Source: Prochlorococcus sp. AG-388-E21 (GTDB lineage Bacteria > Cyanobacteriota > Cyanobacteriia > PCC-6307 > Cyanobiaceae). Taken from it: 64,000 nt of DNA. The position numbers were made by a program, and so were the translations under genes. The stretch's first letter is position 1. Each line of letters begins with the position of its first letter. The notes beneath the pieces are model-generated. The model searched no databases. It was not told where the DNA came from and saw only the letters and a list, made by a program, of their open reading frames with translations. The stretch is taken from NCBI GenBank assembly GCA_003279855.1, contig QCGO01000005.1:31190-95189 (forward strand). Direction: 5' to 3'. Of the stretch, positions 46,007 through 56,458 are shown piece by piece.

Positions 46007-46657
46007 ATGCCTTACATATTAAAAAACGATAATAAATTAACCTTAGCAATTCATAGTACTGATAATTCTTTTGGCTTCGCTTATAGAGAAAATAACAGCT
46101 CTTTATCTGAAAACTTTTTTACAAAAAAATTTGAGAAAGATTTATGTACTAATTTAATAGTTGATTTTTCAAATTTTATTACAAAAAAAAATTTAAAAAG
46201 AATTAATAAAATATCTGTCAGTATAGGGCCATCAAACTTTAATGCATCCAGACAAATAATAGTGTTAGCGAGAACTCTCGCTCAGCAAATCAATTGCTCA
46301 TTAGTTGGTTTTAGTTCTTTTGAATTGATGGCAAAAAGAATTGCTACGAAAAATAATATCTATTACAATAAAAATTCATTTTGGATTTTCAAAAAATTAA
46401 AAAGAAGAGGATATATTGCAGGCAAATATGAAATTTGCATTTCTGAAGAACCAAACAAAAATATCATTATCAAAGAAAAAATTATTCCAAAAATTTTTAA
46501 AGAATTAACAAATATAGAGTATTCTTATCAAGCTGAATATTCCGATATAGAAGATTTAAAAGAACTATTGAATTTATCTAATAAAAATTCACAACATTCA
46601 AGTTCTAATACTTGGGAAAAAGTGTTGCCTTTATATCCAATATCTCCAATTAATTGA
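46007..46657 (+). CDS. tsaB: tRNA t6A biosynthesis protein TsaB
   Basis: LAIHST, VSIGPSNFNASR (degenerate GPGSFTGxR), C-terminal VLPLYP. Confidence 0.72.
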   Translation: MPYILKNDNKLTLAIHSTDNSFGFAYRENNSSLSENFFTKKFEKDLCTNLIVDFSNFITKKNLKRINKISVSIGPSNFNASRQIIVLARTLAQQINCSLVGFSSFELMAKRIATKNNIYYNKNSFWIFKKLKRRGYIAGKYEICISEEPNKNIIIKEKIIPKIFKELTNIEYSYQAEYSDIEDLKELLNLSNKNSQHSSSNTWEKVLPLYPISPIN

Positions 46658-46661
46658 TGAT

Positions 46662-47282
46662 TCATTCAAGCATATTATTTATGGATTCCTGCAGATGATA
46701 TGTTACTTTGCCCAAATCATCTTTTGATGCGCCTTCAGGGGGATTAATCGGTTTCCCAACTTTAATAACTATTTTTGTGAAAAATGGAATACAAAACTTC
46801 AATCGAACTAATCTATTTGAATTAATAATTGCAACTGGTAATAACATTTTTTGATTTTTAAAAGATAGAAGAGCCGCCCCTTGTTTTGGCTTATTTACAC
46901 GACCATCTTTTTGGCGAGTACCGTCAATAAATATCCCAATACTATGATTATTTGATAATTTTGCACATGCGATTTTGATAGTCTTTTTATCTACTATGCC
47001 CCTCTTTACAGGATAAGCTCCACATGATTTTATTATAAAACCAAGTAATGGGATTCTAAAAAGTTCTGACTTAGCCATAAAAGATATATTACGACCAATA
47101 GCATGACCTAATAGAGGGGGATCAAGCAGGGATCCGTGATTAGATACCATTATGAAAGCACCTGTCTGAGGAATGTTTTCTCTACCAATTAAATTACCTC
47201 GAAATATCAATTTATAAATCGGAAAAATAATTAGCTGGCTTACCAATTTATAAATTAATTTTTGAAAAAAATAACTTTTCAT
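46662..47282 (-). CDS. plsC: 1-acyl-sn-glycerol-3-phosphate acyltransferase
   Basis: NHGSLLD (HX4D), FMAKSEL, IFIDGTR. Confidence 0.92.
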   Translation of the reverse strand: MKSYFFQKLIYKLVSQLIIFPIYKLIFRGNLIGRENIPQTGAFIMVSNHGSLLDPPLLGHAIGRNISFMAKSELFRIPLLGFIIKSCGAYPVKRGIVDKKTIKIACAKLSNNHSIGIFIDGTRQKDGRVNKPKQGAALLSFKNQKMLLPVAIINSNRLVRLKFCIPFFTKIVIKVGKPINPPEGASKDDLGKVTYHLQESINNMLE

Positions 47283-47286
47283 AAAA

Positions 47287-48183
47287 TCAGTATTTAATTT
47301 GATCTGCAGAAGATACTTGAGAAATTTTTACATCCTTAAAATGCCTTTTACCTAAACCACCAAGGACATTAGATGGGCCAATTTCCACCATTTGCAGAAT
47401 ACTATTTTCTTTCATTAAATCCATAGTTTGACGCCATCTAACACCGTTACACATTTGATTTTTAAACCTAACCTTAAGCTCATTTGGATCATTACATAGT
47501 GATGGATGAGAATTACTTATAACAGGAATAGAAGGCTGATTAAATTCTAGAGTGTCTAAATATTTTGAAAATTGAAATGATGATTCTTTCATAAATGGTG
47601 AATGAAAAGCGCCCGAAACATTTAATTTAAGGAATCTTTTTGCCTTAATTCGTTTTGAAATATTATCTAAAGCTTTTTCGCTTCCTGATAAAACAACTTG
47701 AGAAGAACTATTGTCGTTCGCTATTACAAGATCGTCTATCTCTTCAACCAGTAAATCTAATTGATCTCTATCAAAACTTATTAATGCTGCCATAGATCCC
47801 TTTGCTGCATCTGCCATCAAACCAGATCTAACTTTTATGAGTTTTACACAATCTTCAAAAGACAAAACATCAGCACAATATAAAGCCGTAATTTCACCTA
47901 AACTATGACCAGCAATATAGGTTGGTTTATAACCATTTTCTTTTAAAGAGTCTAATAAAACTGATTCCACCAGAAAAAGACAAATTTGAGTGTTCTTTGT
48001 ATTATTTAAATCATCTGAAAGATTTTTCTTATCAGAATTTGATTCACAAATTTCAAATAAATTTCTTTCGAATACTTCAGAGGCGTAATTAAACCTATAT
48101 TTCGCATGTGGCAAATCTATGATTTTATTTGCCATACCAATTTTTTGTGAACCCTGACCAGGGAATACCCATGCAACTGTCAT
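47287..48183 (-). CDS. fabD: Malonyl-CoA:ACP transacylase
   Basis: VFPGQGSQ, AGHSLGE, VSGAFHSP. Confidence 0.96.
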   Translation of the reverse strand: MTVAWVFPGQGSQKIGMANKIIDLPHAKYRFNYASEVFERNLFEICESNSDKKNLSDDLNNTKNTQICLFLVESVLLDSLKENGYKPTYIAGHSLGEITALYCADVLSFEDCVKLIKVRSGLMADAAKGSMAALISFDRDQLDLLVEEIDDLVIANDNSSSQVVLSGSEKALDNISKRIKAKRFLKLNVSGAFHSPFMKESSFQFSKYLDTLEFNQPSIPVISNSHPSLCNDPNELKVRFKNQMCNGVRWRQTMDLMKENSILQMVEIGPSNVLGGLGKRHFKDVKISQVSSADQIKY

Positions 48184-48195
48184 AATAAAAATTTT

Positions 48196-49203
48196 TTAAC
48201 CCCATCGAATAAGGGCTGCACCCCAACTTAACCCAGCACCAAAACCACTTGTGGCAATAATATCATTTTCTTTAATTTTCTTATTTCTTATAGCCTCATC
48301 AAGCATTAAAGGAATTGTTGCTGCTGATGTGTTTCCATAGTTACTTAAATTACTGAGAATCTTTTCTGATGAAACATTTAGCCTATCTCCAACAGAATCC
48401 AATATTCTTTGATTTGCTTGATGTAATAAAAGCCAATTAATTTTCTCAGAATTGAAATTTGTTTTTTTAAATAAATTATCAATAATTAACGGTACCTCTC
48501 TTACCGCAAATTTATATACTTCTTGTCCGTTCATTTTAATTGAGGAAAAACCCCCACTTGAAAAATTAATATCATCACTAATTAGATCTTGATTATTTTG
48601 AGAGGGAAGATTTAAGAAAGAACCTCTCTGCCCATCAGTCCTCATACTAAAGCCAATTAAATTATCTAATTCATTCGTTACTTCGATTGCTATTGCACCA
48701 GCACCATCTCCGAATAAGATACAACTTCTTCTATCATTCCAATCCACATAACTTGAAAGTTGATCTGAGCCTATTACTACAGCTCTTTTATAACTACCTG
48801 CTTTTAAAAATTGAGTAGCTGTTATTGCAGCAAATAAGAAACCACTGCAAGCAGCTGTCAAATCAAAAGCAACAGCATTAATTGCGCCTAGTTTTGACTG
48901 AATTTCGGGAGCAGAACCAAATAGATCGTTTGGAGTTGATGTAGCTAAAATTATTAAATCAATTGTTTCAATATCCCATCCAGCCATCTCAATTGCTCCC
49001 AATGCTGCCTTGTAACCCATTTCACTAACATTTTCTGATAATCCAGAAATTCTTCTCTGAGAAATACCTGTTCTAGATTTTATCCATTCATCACTAGTAT
49101 CTACCTTCTTACTAATTTCCTGATTCGTCAGGATTTGATTTGGTACATAGCTTCCACTTCCTTTAAATGAGACTCCAATTTGATTTAAATTTATTCCTTC
49201 CAA
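48196..49203 (-). CDS. fabH: 3-oxoacyl-ACP synthase III
   Basis: AACSGF, HQANQRI, YGNTSAAT, GAGLSWG. Confidence 0.96.
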   Translation of the reverse strand: MEGINLNQIGVSFKGSGSYVPNQILTNQEISKKVDTSDEWIKSRTGISQRRISGLSENVSEMGYKAALGAIEMAGWDIETIDLIILATSTPNDLFGSAPEIQSKLGAINAVAFDLTAACSGFLFAAITATQFLKAGSYKRAVVIGSDQLSSYVDWNDRRSCILFGDGAGAIAIEVTNELDNLIGFSMRTDGQRGSFLNLPSQNNQDLISDDINFSSGGFSSIKMNGQEVYKFAVREVPLIIDNLFKKTNFNSEKINWLLLHQANQRILDSVGDRLNVSSEKILSNLSNYGNTSAATIPLMLDEAIRNKKIKENDIIATSGFGAGLSWGAALIRWG

Positions 49204-49256
49204 AAGAGTTATCTAATTACTTATATAAGTCAAACATAAATCTGACAAAATATGTT

Positions 49257-50657
49257 TTAAGAATTTAAAACTTGAAGCTTTTGAAGTTGATTTAAATTTT
49301 CCATAACATTATGATTTACAGCTGAATGAGCCAAACGCAGAGCACTTACTACAGATAAAGACTTACTACTACCATGGCCAATTACACAAATACCATTTAC
49401 CCCAAGCAATAATGCTCCTCCATGTTCAGCATGATCTAACCTTTTCTTAATTCTTAGTAAATTACTTTTTAAAAATGCAGAACCAACCTTCCCCCTTCTT
49501 CCTCTAGGCAGTTCGGATCTTAAAATATCTAATAAAACCCCTCCAACCGACTCAAGAAATTTAAGTAATATATTTCCTGTAAAACCATCGCAAACGACCA
49601 CATCAAAATCACCAGATAAAACATCTCTTCCTTCACAATTACCCACAAAATTAAAACTTTTTTCATTGGATAGTAATTCAAATGTTTTTATAGATAAATC
49701 ATTCCCTTTACATTCTTCTTCTCCAATATTTAATAAGCCAATTCGTGGTTTTTCTATTTGTAAAACATCCTTGGCATAAACATCACCAAGAAGTGCAAAT
49801 TGATGAAGATAAGAGGGCTTACAATCAGTATTTGCTCCGACATCAAGAACTAATACAGGTCGAGTTTGATCTCTAGTCGGGAATAACGCTCCTATTGCGG
49901 GGCGCTCGATTCCTTTCAATCTCCCAATCCTAAATATTGCAGAGGCCATAAGAGCTCCTGAGTTACCTGCCGAATAAACAGCTTTTGCCTTATTTTTTTT
50001 AACCAAATCCATAGCAACATTTATACTCGCATCTTTTCTTTTTCGTACTGCTGTTGCTTCTTCATTCATCCCTATAGGATCTCCACTATCTATTAATTCA
50101 AGACGATTATTATCAATTTCTTTTTCTAACAAATCTATTAGACCAACTCTTTCTGCTTCATATTTAACTTTTTCAATTTTGCCTACAAACTTTATATTTA
50201 TAGGAAACCTATTAATAGCATCAAGACAGCCCTCCAGAATGGGCACAGGTGCATAATCTCCACCCATGCCATCAACTGCGATCCAAATCCTCTCAGAATT
50301 TGGTACATCTTCTTTACTTATCAAATTATCACTATTTTGTAACCGTTTTAAAGGGTCAAAAACTAATGGCTGCAATGTATTTTTTGCAATTGAACTAGCA
50401 CTTGAAACTACATTACTAGCAGTGTTAACAACAGATTCAGCACTAGAGACTACATTACCTGCTACATTACCTGCTACATTACTGGCATTACTTACAACAG
50501 AACCAGCACCGGAAACCACGTTGCCAGCAACATTACTGGCAGTTACAGCAGAATTAGCCGCAGTATCAACTATTGAAGTCACAGCAGAATTTCTTTTATA
50601 CCAAATAACTAATCTTCTTATAGCTCTAGACTTTTTATTAGAAGAATCTTTTTCCAT
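49257..50657 (-). CDS. plsX: Phosphate acyltransferase PlsX with long N-terminal extension
   Basis: IAVDGMGGD begins at about residue 126; SAGNSGA, LDVGAN, GNCEGRD, CDGFTGN, HGSS. Confidence 0.94.
   Translation of the reverse strand: MEKDSSNKKSRAIRRLVIWYKRNSAVTSIVDTAANSAVTASNVAGNVVSGAGSVVSNASNVAGNVAGNVVSSAESVVNTASNVVSSASSIAKNTLQPLVFDPLKRLQNSDNLISKEDVPNSERIWIAVDGMGGDYAPVPILEGCLDAINRFPINIKFVGKIEKVKYEAERVGLIDLLEKEIDNNRLELIDSGDPIGMNEEATAVRKRKDASINVAMDLVKKNKAKAVYSAGNSGALMASAIFRIGRLKGIERPAIGALFPTRDQTRPVLVLDVGANTDCKPSYLHQFALLGDVYAKDVLQIEKPRIGLLNIGEEECKGNDLSIKTFELLSNEKSFNFVGNCEGRDVLSGDFDVVVCDGFTGNILLKFLESVGGVLLDILRSELPRGRRGKVGSAFLKSNLLRIKKRLDHAEHGGALLLGVNGICVIGHGSSKSLSVVSALRLAHSAVNHNVMENLNQLQKLQVLNS
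50379..50540 (-). repeat. Coding imperfect tandem repeat in the plsX 5' extension, including 12-bp units at 50451-50486
   Basis: Plus strand tacattacctgc tacattacctgc tacattactggc; protein ASNV-AGNV-VSGAGSVVSN / ASNV-AGNV-AGNV-VSSAESVVNT / ASNV-VSSASSIAKN. Confidence 0.85.
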
Positions 50658-51404
50658 CTATTTACCGTCAAATGGAGATATATCAACTATCCTCTGAAAA
50701 AGATATCCTGTACCTCTTGCTGTAAGAATTAATTCAGGATTTGCAGGATCAGCTTCCAATTTAGATCTTAATCTAGATATGTGAACATCAACTACTCTTG
50801 TATCTACATGTCTTTCAGGTGTGTAGCCCCAAACTTCTTTCAAAATCTCTCCTCGACTAAATGGTTCTCCTGATCGACTGACCAAAAGTTCTAAAAGACT
50901 AAATTCCATGCCTGTTAACCTGATTCTTTCATCACTTTTAAAAACTTGTCTTCGATTTGTATCAATTTTAATATCTGTAACCAAAATTAAACCTGAATTT
51001 GGCATTCCAGGAAGTTGCTCTTTGTCTATTCGTCTTAATACGCACCTAATCCTAGCTTCTAATTCTTTTGGACTAAAAGGTTTAACCACATAATCATCAG
51101 CCCCTAATTCTAATCCTGTAATTCTATCTGCTACATCCCCCAAAGCTGTCAACATTACTATAGGGACGTCTGAGTCTTTTCTTAATTCTTGACACACTCC
51201 ATATCCATCTAATTTTGGCATCATTACATCAAGGACAACCAAGTCAGGATCGTAATCTTTGAACAATTTAAGTGCTTCTTTACCATCACAAGCAGTTACG
51301 ACTTTGTAACCAATCATTGAGAGACGAGTCTCGAGAATTCTTCTAATACTTGCCTCGTCGTCTGCGACAAGTATTGTTTCTTTTGTTTGACTAGATACAG
51401 CCAT
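50658..51404 (-). CDS. rpaB: OmpR-family response regulator RpaB/Ycf27
   Basis: DDEASIRRILETRLSMIGY, ADRITGLELGADDY, RHVDTRVVDVHISRLR. Confidence 0.95.
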   Translation of the reverse strand: MAVSSQTKETILVADDEASIRRILETRLSMIGYKVVTACDGKEALKLFKDYDPDLVVLDVMMPKLDGYGVCQELRKDSDVPIVMLTALGDVADRITGLELGADDYVVKPFSPKELEARIRCVLRRIDKEQLPGMPNSGLILVTDIKIDTNRRQVFKSDERIRLTGMEFSLLELLVSRSGEPFSRGEILKEVWGYTPERHVDTRVVDVHISRLRSKLEADPANPELILTARGTGYLFQRIVDISPFDGK

Positions 51405-51510
51405 TTGTTTCTATTAGCTAATCAGTAAGAGAATTTATCTTTTACCCAATCTAACTTGTAGAGGGGCAAAATCCCAAACATCTCAGTTCCTCAATCTAAT
51501 CAAAAATTAA

Positions 51511-52863
51511 ATGTCTAATAAATTTTCGACTTTTATATGTCAAAATTGCGGATCTGAGACTTCTCAATACTTCGGCAGATGCGTAAATTGTAATGAATGG
51601 AATACCATAGTTGAAGAAAGAAAAAACACTAGATCTAAAACAACTAGTGTTAATAAAAATAAAAAATCTAAGCTGTTTAACGAAATAGAGATAGGTAATA
51701 TATCAAGATTTACGAGCGGTTTTAAAGAGTTTGATAGAGTACTAGGAGGTGGAATAGTTCCGGGGTCTATAGTTTTACTTGGAGGAGAACCAGGAATTGG
51801 TAAAAGCACAATAGTGCTTCAATCGGCAGGGAATATATCACTTAATGGAAAAGTTTTATACATCACTGCAGAAGAATCTTTGGAACAAGTAAAAATCAGA
51901 TGGGAAAGATTAAATCAAAACAGCCTCGATTTAAAAATTTATGCAGAAACTAATTTATCTTTAATTATCGAAGAGATAAAAAAAATAAAACCTGGTTTTG
52001 CGATTATTGATAGTATCCAAGCTATTAATAATGATGAGATGGAAAGTTCTCCAGGATCTGTTTCCCAAGTAAGGACTTGTTCATCTGAACTACAGAATCT
52101 TGCTAAAGAAAATAATATAGCGCTCTTGATAATAGGTCACGTTACGAAAGATGGAGCTCTTGCCGGCCCAAAAACTTTAGAACATTTAGTAGATGTGGTA
52201 CTCAATTTTGAAGGAGATAATATTGCCTCCCATAGATTACTAAGAAGTGTAAAAAATAGATTTGGATCAACTTTTGAAATTGGAATTTTTGAAATGCTAG
52301 AAAATGGTTTAAGAGAAGTTATTAACCCTAGTTCAATATTCACAAATAAAGAAAATATATCCGGTGTCACAACCACTATCACTAATGAAGGATCGAGACC
52401 ATTTGCAGTTGATATTCAAGCTTTAGTAAATAAGACTTTCTACAATAACCCAAGACGAACAACAACTGGAATCAGTATCAACAGATTACATCAAATATTA
52501 GCCGTGATTGAAAAACATGTTGGGATTAAATTATCAGAATATGACTGTTATGTAGCGACAGGAGGTGGTTTTGAAATAAATGACACATCTTCAGATTTAG
52601 GAGTTGCCATATCAATCTTATCAAGCTTAAAAAATATTCCACCATTAAAAAATTGTGCATTTATTGGCGAATTAGGTTTAAGCGGTCAGGTAAGGCAGGC
52701 AAGTAATCTTAGAGCCAAAATTGATGAGGCTATTAGGCTTGGTATTAAAAATATTTTAGTACCTAAAATTACTAGTGAAATTAAAGATAGTTTTCAAAAA
52801 ATCATTCAAATTAAAGAAATTTCAAATATCAATGAAGCTATTAATTATGCATTGAAAGAGTGA
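51511..52863 (+). CDS. radA: DNA repair protein RadA/Sms
   Basis: C4 zinc finger CQNC..CVNC, GGEPGIGKST, KNRFG, Lon-like C-terminus. Confidence 0.96.
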   Translation: MSNKFSTFICQNCGSETSQYFGRCVNCNEWNTIVEERKNTRSKTTSVNKNKKSKLFNEIEIGNISRFTSGFKEFDRVLGGGIVPGSIVLLGGEPGIGKSTIVLQSAGNISLNGKVLYITAEESLEQVKIRWERLNQNSLDLKIYAETNLSLIIEEIKKIKPGFAIIDSIQAINNDEMESSPGSVSQVRTCSSELQNLAKENNIALLIIGHVTKDGALAGPKTLEHLVDVVLNFEGDNIASHRLLRSVKNRFGSTFEIGIFEMLENGLREVINPSSIFTNKENISGVTTTITNEGSRPFAVDIQALVNKTFYNNPRRTTTGISINRLHQILAVIEKHVGIKLSEYDCYVATGGGFEINDTSSDLGVAISILSSLKNIPPLKNCAFIGELGLSGQVRQASNLRAKIDEAIRLGIKNILVPKITSEIKDSFQKIIQIKEISNINEAINYALKE

Positions 52864-52875
52864 ATCTATACAAAT

Positions 52876-53397
52876 CTAGAGATAAATATCAATTGAACTC
52901 CTTCCAGAAGTTTTTAACCAATTTTCAATATCTAAGTATCCCCCAGGATAAAGTCTTACAGCTTTAGACCAAACTTGAGCAGCCTTGTCGAACCACATAT
53001 CTCTTTGATCTAAATCACCATTCTGTTCAGCAAACCTTCCCCTTTTTTCATAAATTAAACCTATATTCTTGAGACAAGATGGCTGTTTTGGATTTTCAAC
53101 TAAGGCCTTTTGGTAAGTTTCTATAGATCTATCTTCCTCACCATTACTCATATAAATTATTGCCATGTTCTTTAAAGTTTCCCCTCTATCAATTTTATTT
53201 TCTTCTAGTAATAGACTTTCATTATAGTAATCCAGAGCTTCTGAATAATCGCCATTATTTTGTGCAGCTAACCCATCTCTATAATATATGTAAGCCTTTT
53301 TTTCTTTATCAGCAATAGGCATAATCTTGACGATAGATTCAGCAATTACAGTAAAAGCTTTATCTATGAAATTGTCTCTGTTTTGATTATTAGGCAC
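52876..53397 (-). CDS. ycf3: Photosystem I assembly protein Ycf3
   Basis: [17 protein letters not shown], TPRs, [12 protein letters not shown]; GTG 53397 preferred. Confidence 0.95.
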   Translation of the reverse strand: MPNNQNRDNFIDKAFTVIAESIVKIMPIADKEKKAYIYYRDGLAAQNNGDYSEALDYYNESLLLEENKIDRGETLKNMAIIYMSNGEEDRSIETYQKALVENPKQPSCLKNIGLIYEKRGRFAEQNGDLDQRDMWFDKAAQVWSKAVRLYPGGYLDIENWLKTSGRSSIDIYL

Positions 53398-53515
53398 TTT
53401 TTTTTGTAATAAAATTAAATTAGTCAACAAAGTATCAACTATTTTAAAAGTCTATAACATTTATTATTATAGTAATTAATAAAAACAAGTATTAATTTGC
53501 TTTCATCGCAACAAT

Positions 53516-55813
53516 ATGAATAGTATTCAACTAAATATTACCGGCATGAAATGTGGGGGTTGTGTTAACACGGTAGAAAATATATTAAAAAATTCGGATG
53601 GGGTCCAAAATGTTTCTGTTAACTTACTTACTGAAAGTGCATATTTTGAAATTAATAAAACAGTTCCAAACATTGATCAGGTTTTAGAAAACCTTAAGCA
53701 AAGCGGTTTTCCCGCAAAGATTTACATAAATGATTTTTCAAAAAAAGTAAATAAAGTTCAATTAGAAAAAAAAAAGAAATGGATTAATCAATGGAAAAAA
53801 CTTAATTTTGCACTTTTACTTTTATTGTTTTCAGGGTTAGGGCATTTAGCAGAAGGAGGTTTTTTAAATTTACCAATATTAGGAAATTTATTCTTTCATG
53901 CTGCACTGGCCACATTAGCTTTATTCTTTCCTGGAAGAGAAATTGTAATCAAAGGATTCAAATCACTTATTAAAAATCGACCAGATATGGATTCTTTAGT
54001 AGCTCTTGGAGTAAGTAGTGCTTATACGACAAGTCTATTATCATTAATATTTCCTTCGACTGGTTTTCCCTGTTTTTTTAATGAACCAGTAATGTTATTG
54101 GGGTTTATTCTTATTGGACGTTTTTTAGAAGAAAGAGCAAAGTATCAAACTGGTTCTTCAATTGGAGAATTACTAGATCTCCAACCAGAAATGGCAAATA
54201 TTTATATAGGAACAAATAAAGTCAAATCAGTCAGAGTACATTCTTTAAAAATTGGAGATGAAATTCAATTATTAGCTGGAGATCGTGTACCCGCTGACTG
54301 TATTGTTATTAATGGAAATTCATCTGTAGATGTTTCTCATATTACAGGTGAATCTAAACCTATAGATGTGTACTCAGGTGAACATTTACTTAATGGCTCA
54401 TTAAATTTAAATTCCACCTTAAGGCTAAAAGTTATCAAAGTGGGAGAAGAAACTTCTCTAGCAAAACTCGTTAATCTTATTGAATCAGTTCAATCTAAAA
54501 AACCTCCAATTCAGAGAATCGCTGATCAGATTGCAGGGAAATTTACATACTTCGTACTTTTTATTGCAACTTCAAGCTTCTTTTTTTGGTGGAAAGGTGC
54601 AAAACAAATTTGGCCCGATTTGTTAATAAACAATCATCATGACTTGATAACCACCTCCAATCATACGTTACATAATTCATTAGGTAGTAATGCTGAAAAT
54701 TTTTTAACTTTAGCCATTCAACTCTCAATTGCTGTTTTAGTAATAGCTTGTCCTTGCGCTTTAGGTCTTGCTACTCCCACTGTAATAACAGTTGCATCAG
54801 GTAAAGCTGCAAAAAAAGGCATTTTATTTAAAGGCGGAGATAAAATAGAAATGGCATCAAAAATTAATCATATTATTTTTGATAAAACAGGGACATTGAC
54901 CAAAGGTAAACCTTTCATAATCGATTATTTAAATACTACTGATAAATTGTTTCTATTAAAAATATCTGCAAGTTTAGAAAGTCAAAGCCGACATCCCATA
55001 GCTAGTGCATTAGTTAATGAAGCAAAAAAACAAAACCTTGACTTGTTGAAAATTAAAAACATCCATACAGAATCTGGTAGAGGTATATCTGGAGAACTTG
55101 ATTCAATTGATGGGGAAATCAATATTGGAAGTGTTGAATGGTTAAGTTGTAAAGGAGTAATAATTGACCGCCAATCAAAAGAAATATTAGAAAATGAAGA
55201 AAACAAATCCCATTCTGTGATTGGAGTATGTATAAATAAAAAGTTACTCGGATTTATTTTATTAGGTGATTTATTAAGAGAGGATTCTATTAGTTCTGTT
55301 CAGAAATTAAGAGAGGATAACTATAATATAAAAATTTTAAGCGGGGATAGAAAAGAAACTGTAGTCGAGTTGGCAAAAAAATTAGATTGTCCAGAATCAG
55401 AAATAAAATGGGATCTTCTTCCAGAAATGAAATTAAAAATAATTGAAAATTTAAAGAAGAGTAATAAAATTGCAATGATTGGAGATGGAATAAATGATGC
55501 ACCTGCTTTGGCAGCTTCAAATTTAGGAATAGCAGTTGGTTCAGGTACCCAGATTGCGAAAGCGAATGCAGATGTTGTTTTAATGGGAGATCAGTTATCT
55601 GGATTACCTTATGCACTTAGTCTTGCAAAAAGAACAATAGGAAAAATTAAACAAAATCTATTCTGGGCTTTTGGATACAACTTGATTGCAATTCCCATAG
55701 CAGGAGGTATTCTATTTCCAAAATATAGCATTCTTCTTACACCATCAATCGCAGCATTATTGATGGCAACTAGTTCAATAACCGTTGTAATAAACGCTTT
55801 ATCTTTAGAATAA
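53516..55813 (+). CDS. ctaA: P1B-1 copper-transporting ATPase (CtaA/PAA1-like)
   Basis: N-terminal GMKCGGC, TGES, CPC, DKTGT, HP, GDGIND, YN and MATSS. Confidence 0.85.
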   Translation: MNSIQLNITGMKCGGCVNTVENILKNSDGVQNVSVNLLTESAYFEINKTVPNIDQVLENLKQSGFPAKIYINDFSKKVNKVQLEKKKKWINQWKKLNFALLLLLFSGLGHLAEGGFLNLPILGNLFFHAALATLALFFPGREIVIKGFKSLIKNRPDMDSLVALGVSSAYTTSLLSLIFPSTGFPCFFNEPVMLLGFILIGRFLEERAKYQTGSSIGELLDLQPEMANIYIGTNKVKSVRVHSLKIGDEIQLLAGDRVPADCIVINGNSSVDVSHITGESKPIDVYSGEHLLNGSLNLNSTLRLKVIKVGEETSLAKLVNLIESVQSKKPPIQRIADQIAGKFTYFVLFIATSSFFFWWKGAKQIWPDLLINNHHDLITTSNHTLHNSLGSNAENFLTLAIQLSIAVLVIACPCALGLATPTVITVASGKAAKKGILFKGGDKIEMASKINHIIFDKTGTLTKGKPFIIDYLNTTDKLFLLKISASLESQSRHPIASALVNEAKKQNLDLLKIKNIHTESGRGISGELDSIDGEINIGSVEWLSCKGVIIDRQSKEILENEENKSHSVIGVCINKKLLGFILLGDLLREDSISSVQKLREDNYNIKILSGDRKETVVELAKKLDCPESEIKWDLLPEMKLKIIENLKKSNKIAMIGDGINDAPALAASNLGIAVGSGTQIAKANADVVLMGDQLSGLPYALSLAKRTIGKIKQNLFWAFGYNLIAIPIAGGILFPKYSILLTPSIAALLMATSSITVVINALSLE

Positions 55814-56458
55814 ATGAGGGGTAAATTTATTGTTATTGAAGGAATTGATGGTTGCGGTAAAACAACCCAAATTGATGAAATTTCTAGATGGATCCCAACT
55901 AGTGGTCTTTTGGGAGGAAAGTCAAAATTAGTAAAAACTAGAGAACCTGGAGGAAGCTTATTAGGTAAAAAAATTAGAAATTTAATACTTGACAATCATA
56001 TAGATAATAAACCTTCTTCTCTAGCTGAATTATTGCTTTATTCTGCTGATAGAGCAGAACATATTTCCAAAACCATAGCACCTGCTTTAGAAAATCAAGA
56101 CTGGGTACTTAGCGATAGATTTTGTGACTCTACACTCGCTTATCAAGGTTATGGTAGAAATATAAATCTTGAGATTATCAAAAATATCGAATCTATTGTT
56201 TGTCAAGGAGAATACCCAGACCTGACTATTTTTCTAGAAATTTCAGCAGAAGAAAGTATATTACGAAGGGAAAAGTTTATTCCAGACAGGATAGAATCTG
56301 AAGGTATACAATTCCTAGAAAAAGTGAATGAAGGTTTTAAGTTGATTGCAAAAGAAAAAAATTGGACAACAATATCTGCTTCACAAGATATAAATACTAT
56401 TACTAATGAAATAAAAGAAACCTTACTAAAAAAGTTTTCTCAAGTAAATAATGATTGA
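55814..56458 (+). CDS. tmk: Thymidylate kinase
   Basis: [26 protein letters not shown]. Confidence 0.95.
   Translation: MRGKFIVIEGIDGCGKTTQIDEISRWIPTSGLLGGKSKLVKTREPGGSLLGKKIRNLILDNHIDNKPSSLAELLLYSADRAEHISKTIAPALENQDWVLSDRFCDSTLAYQGYGRNINLEIIKNIESIVCQGEYPDLTIFLEISAEESILRREKFIPDRIESEGIQFLEKVNEGFKLIAKEKNWTTISASQDINTITNEIKETLLKKFSQVNND

Noticed and set aside
50266-50697. 143-aa plus-strand ORF with TTLPATL repeats
   Set aside because: Antisense shadow of the plsX repeat extension; the repeat codons simply lack stops on the other strand.
50908-55995. ORFs 50908-51093, 51564-51809, 52137-52382, 54982-55206, 55290-55616 and 55609-55995
   Set aside because: Antisense shadows of rpaB, radA, ctaA and tmk.
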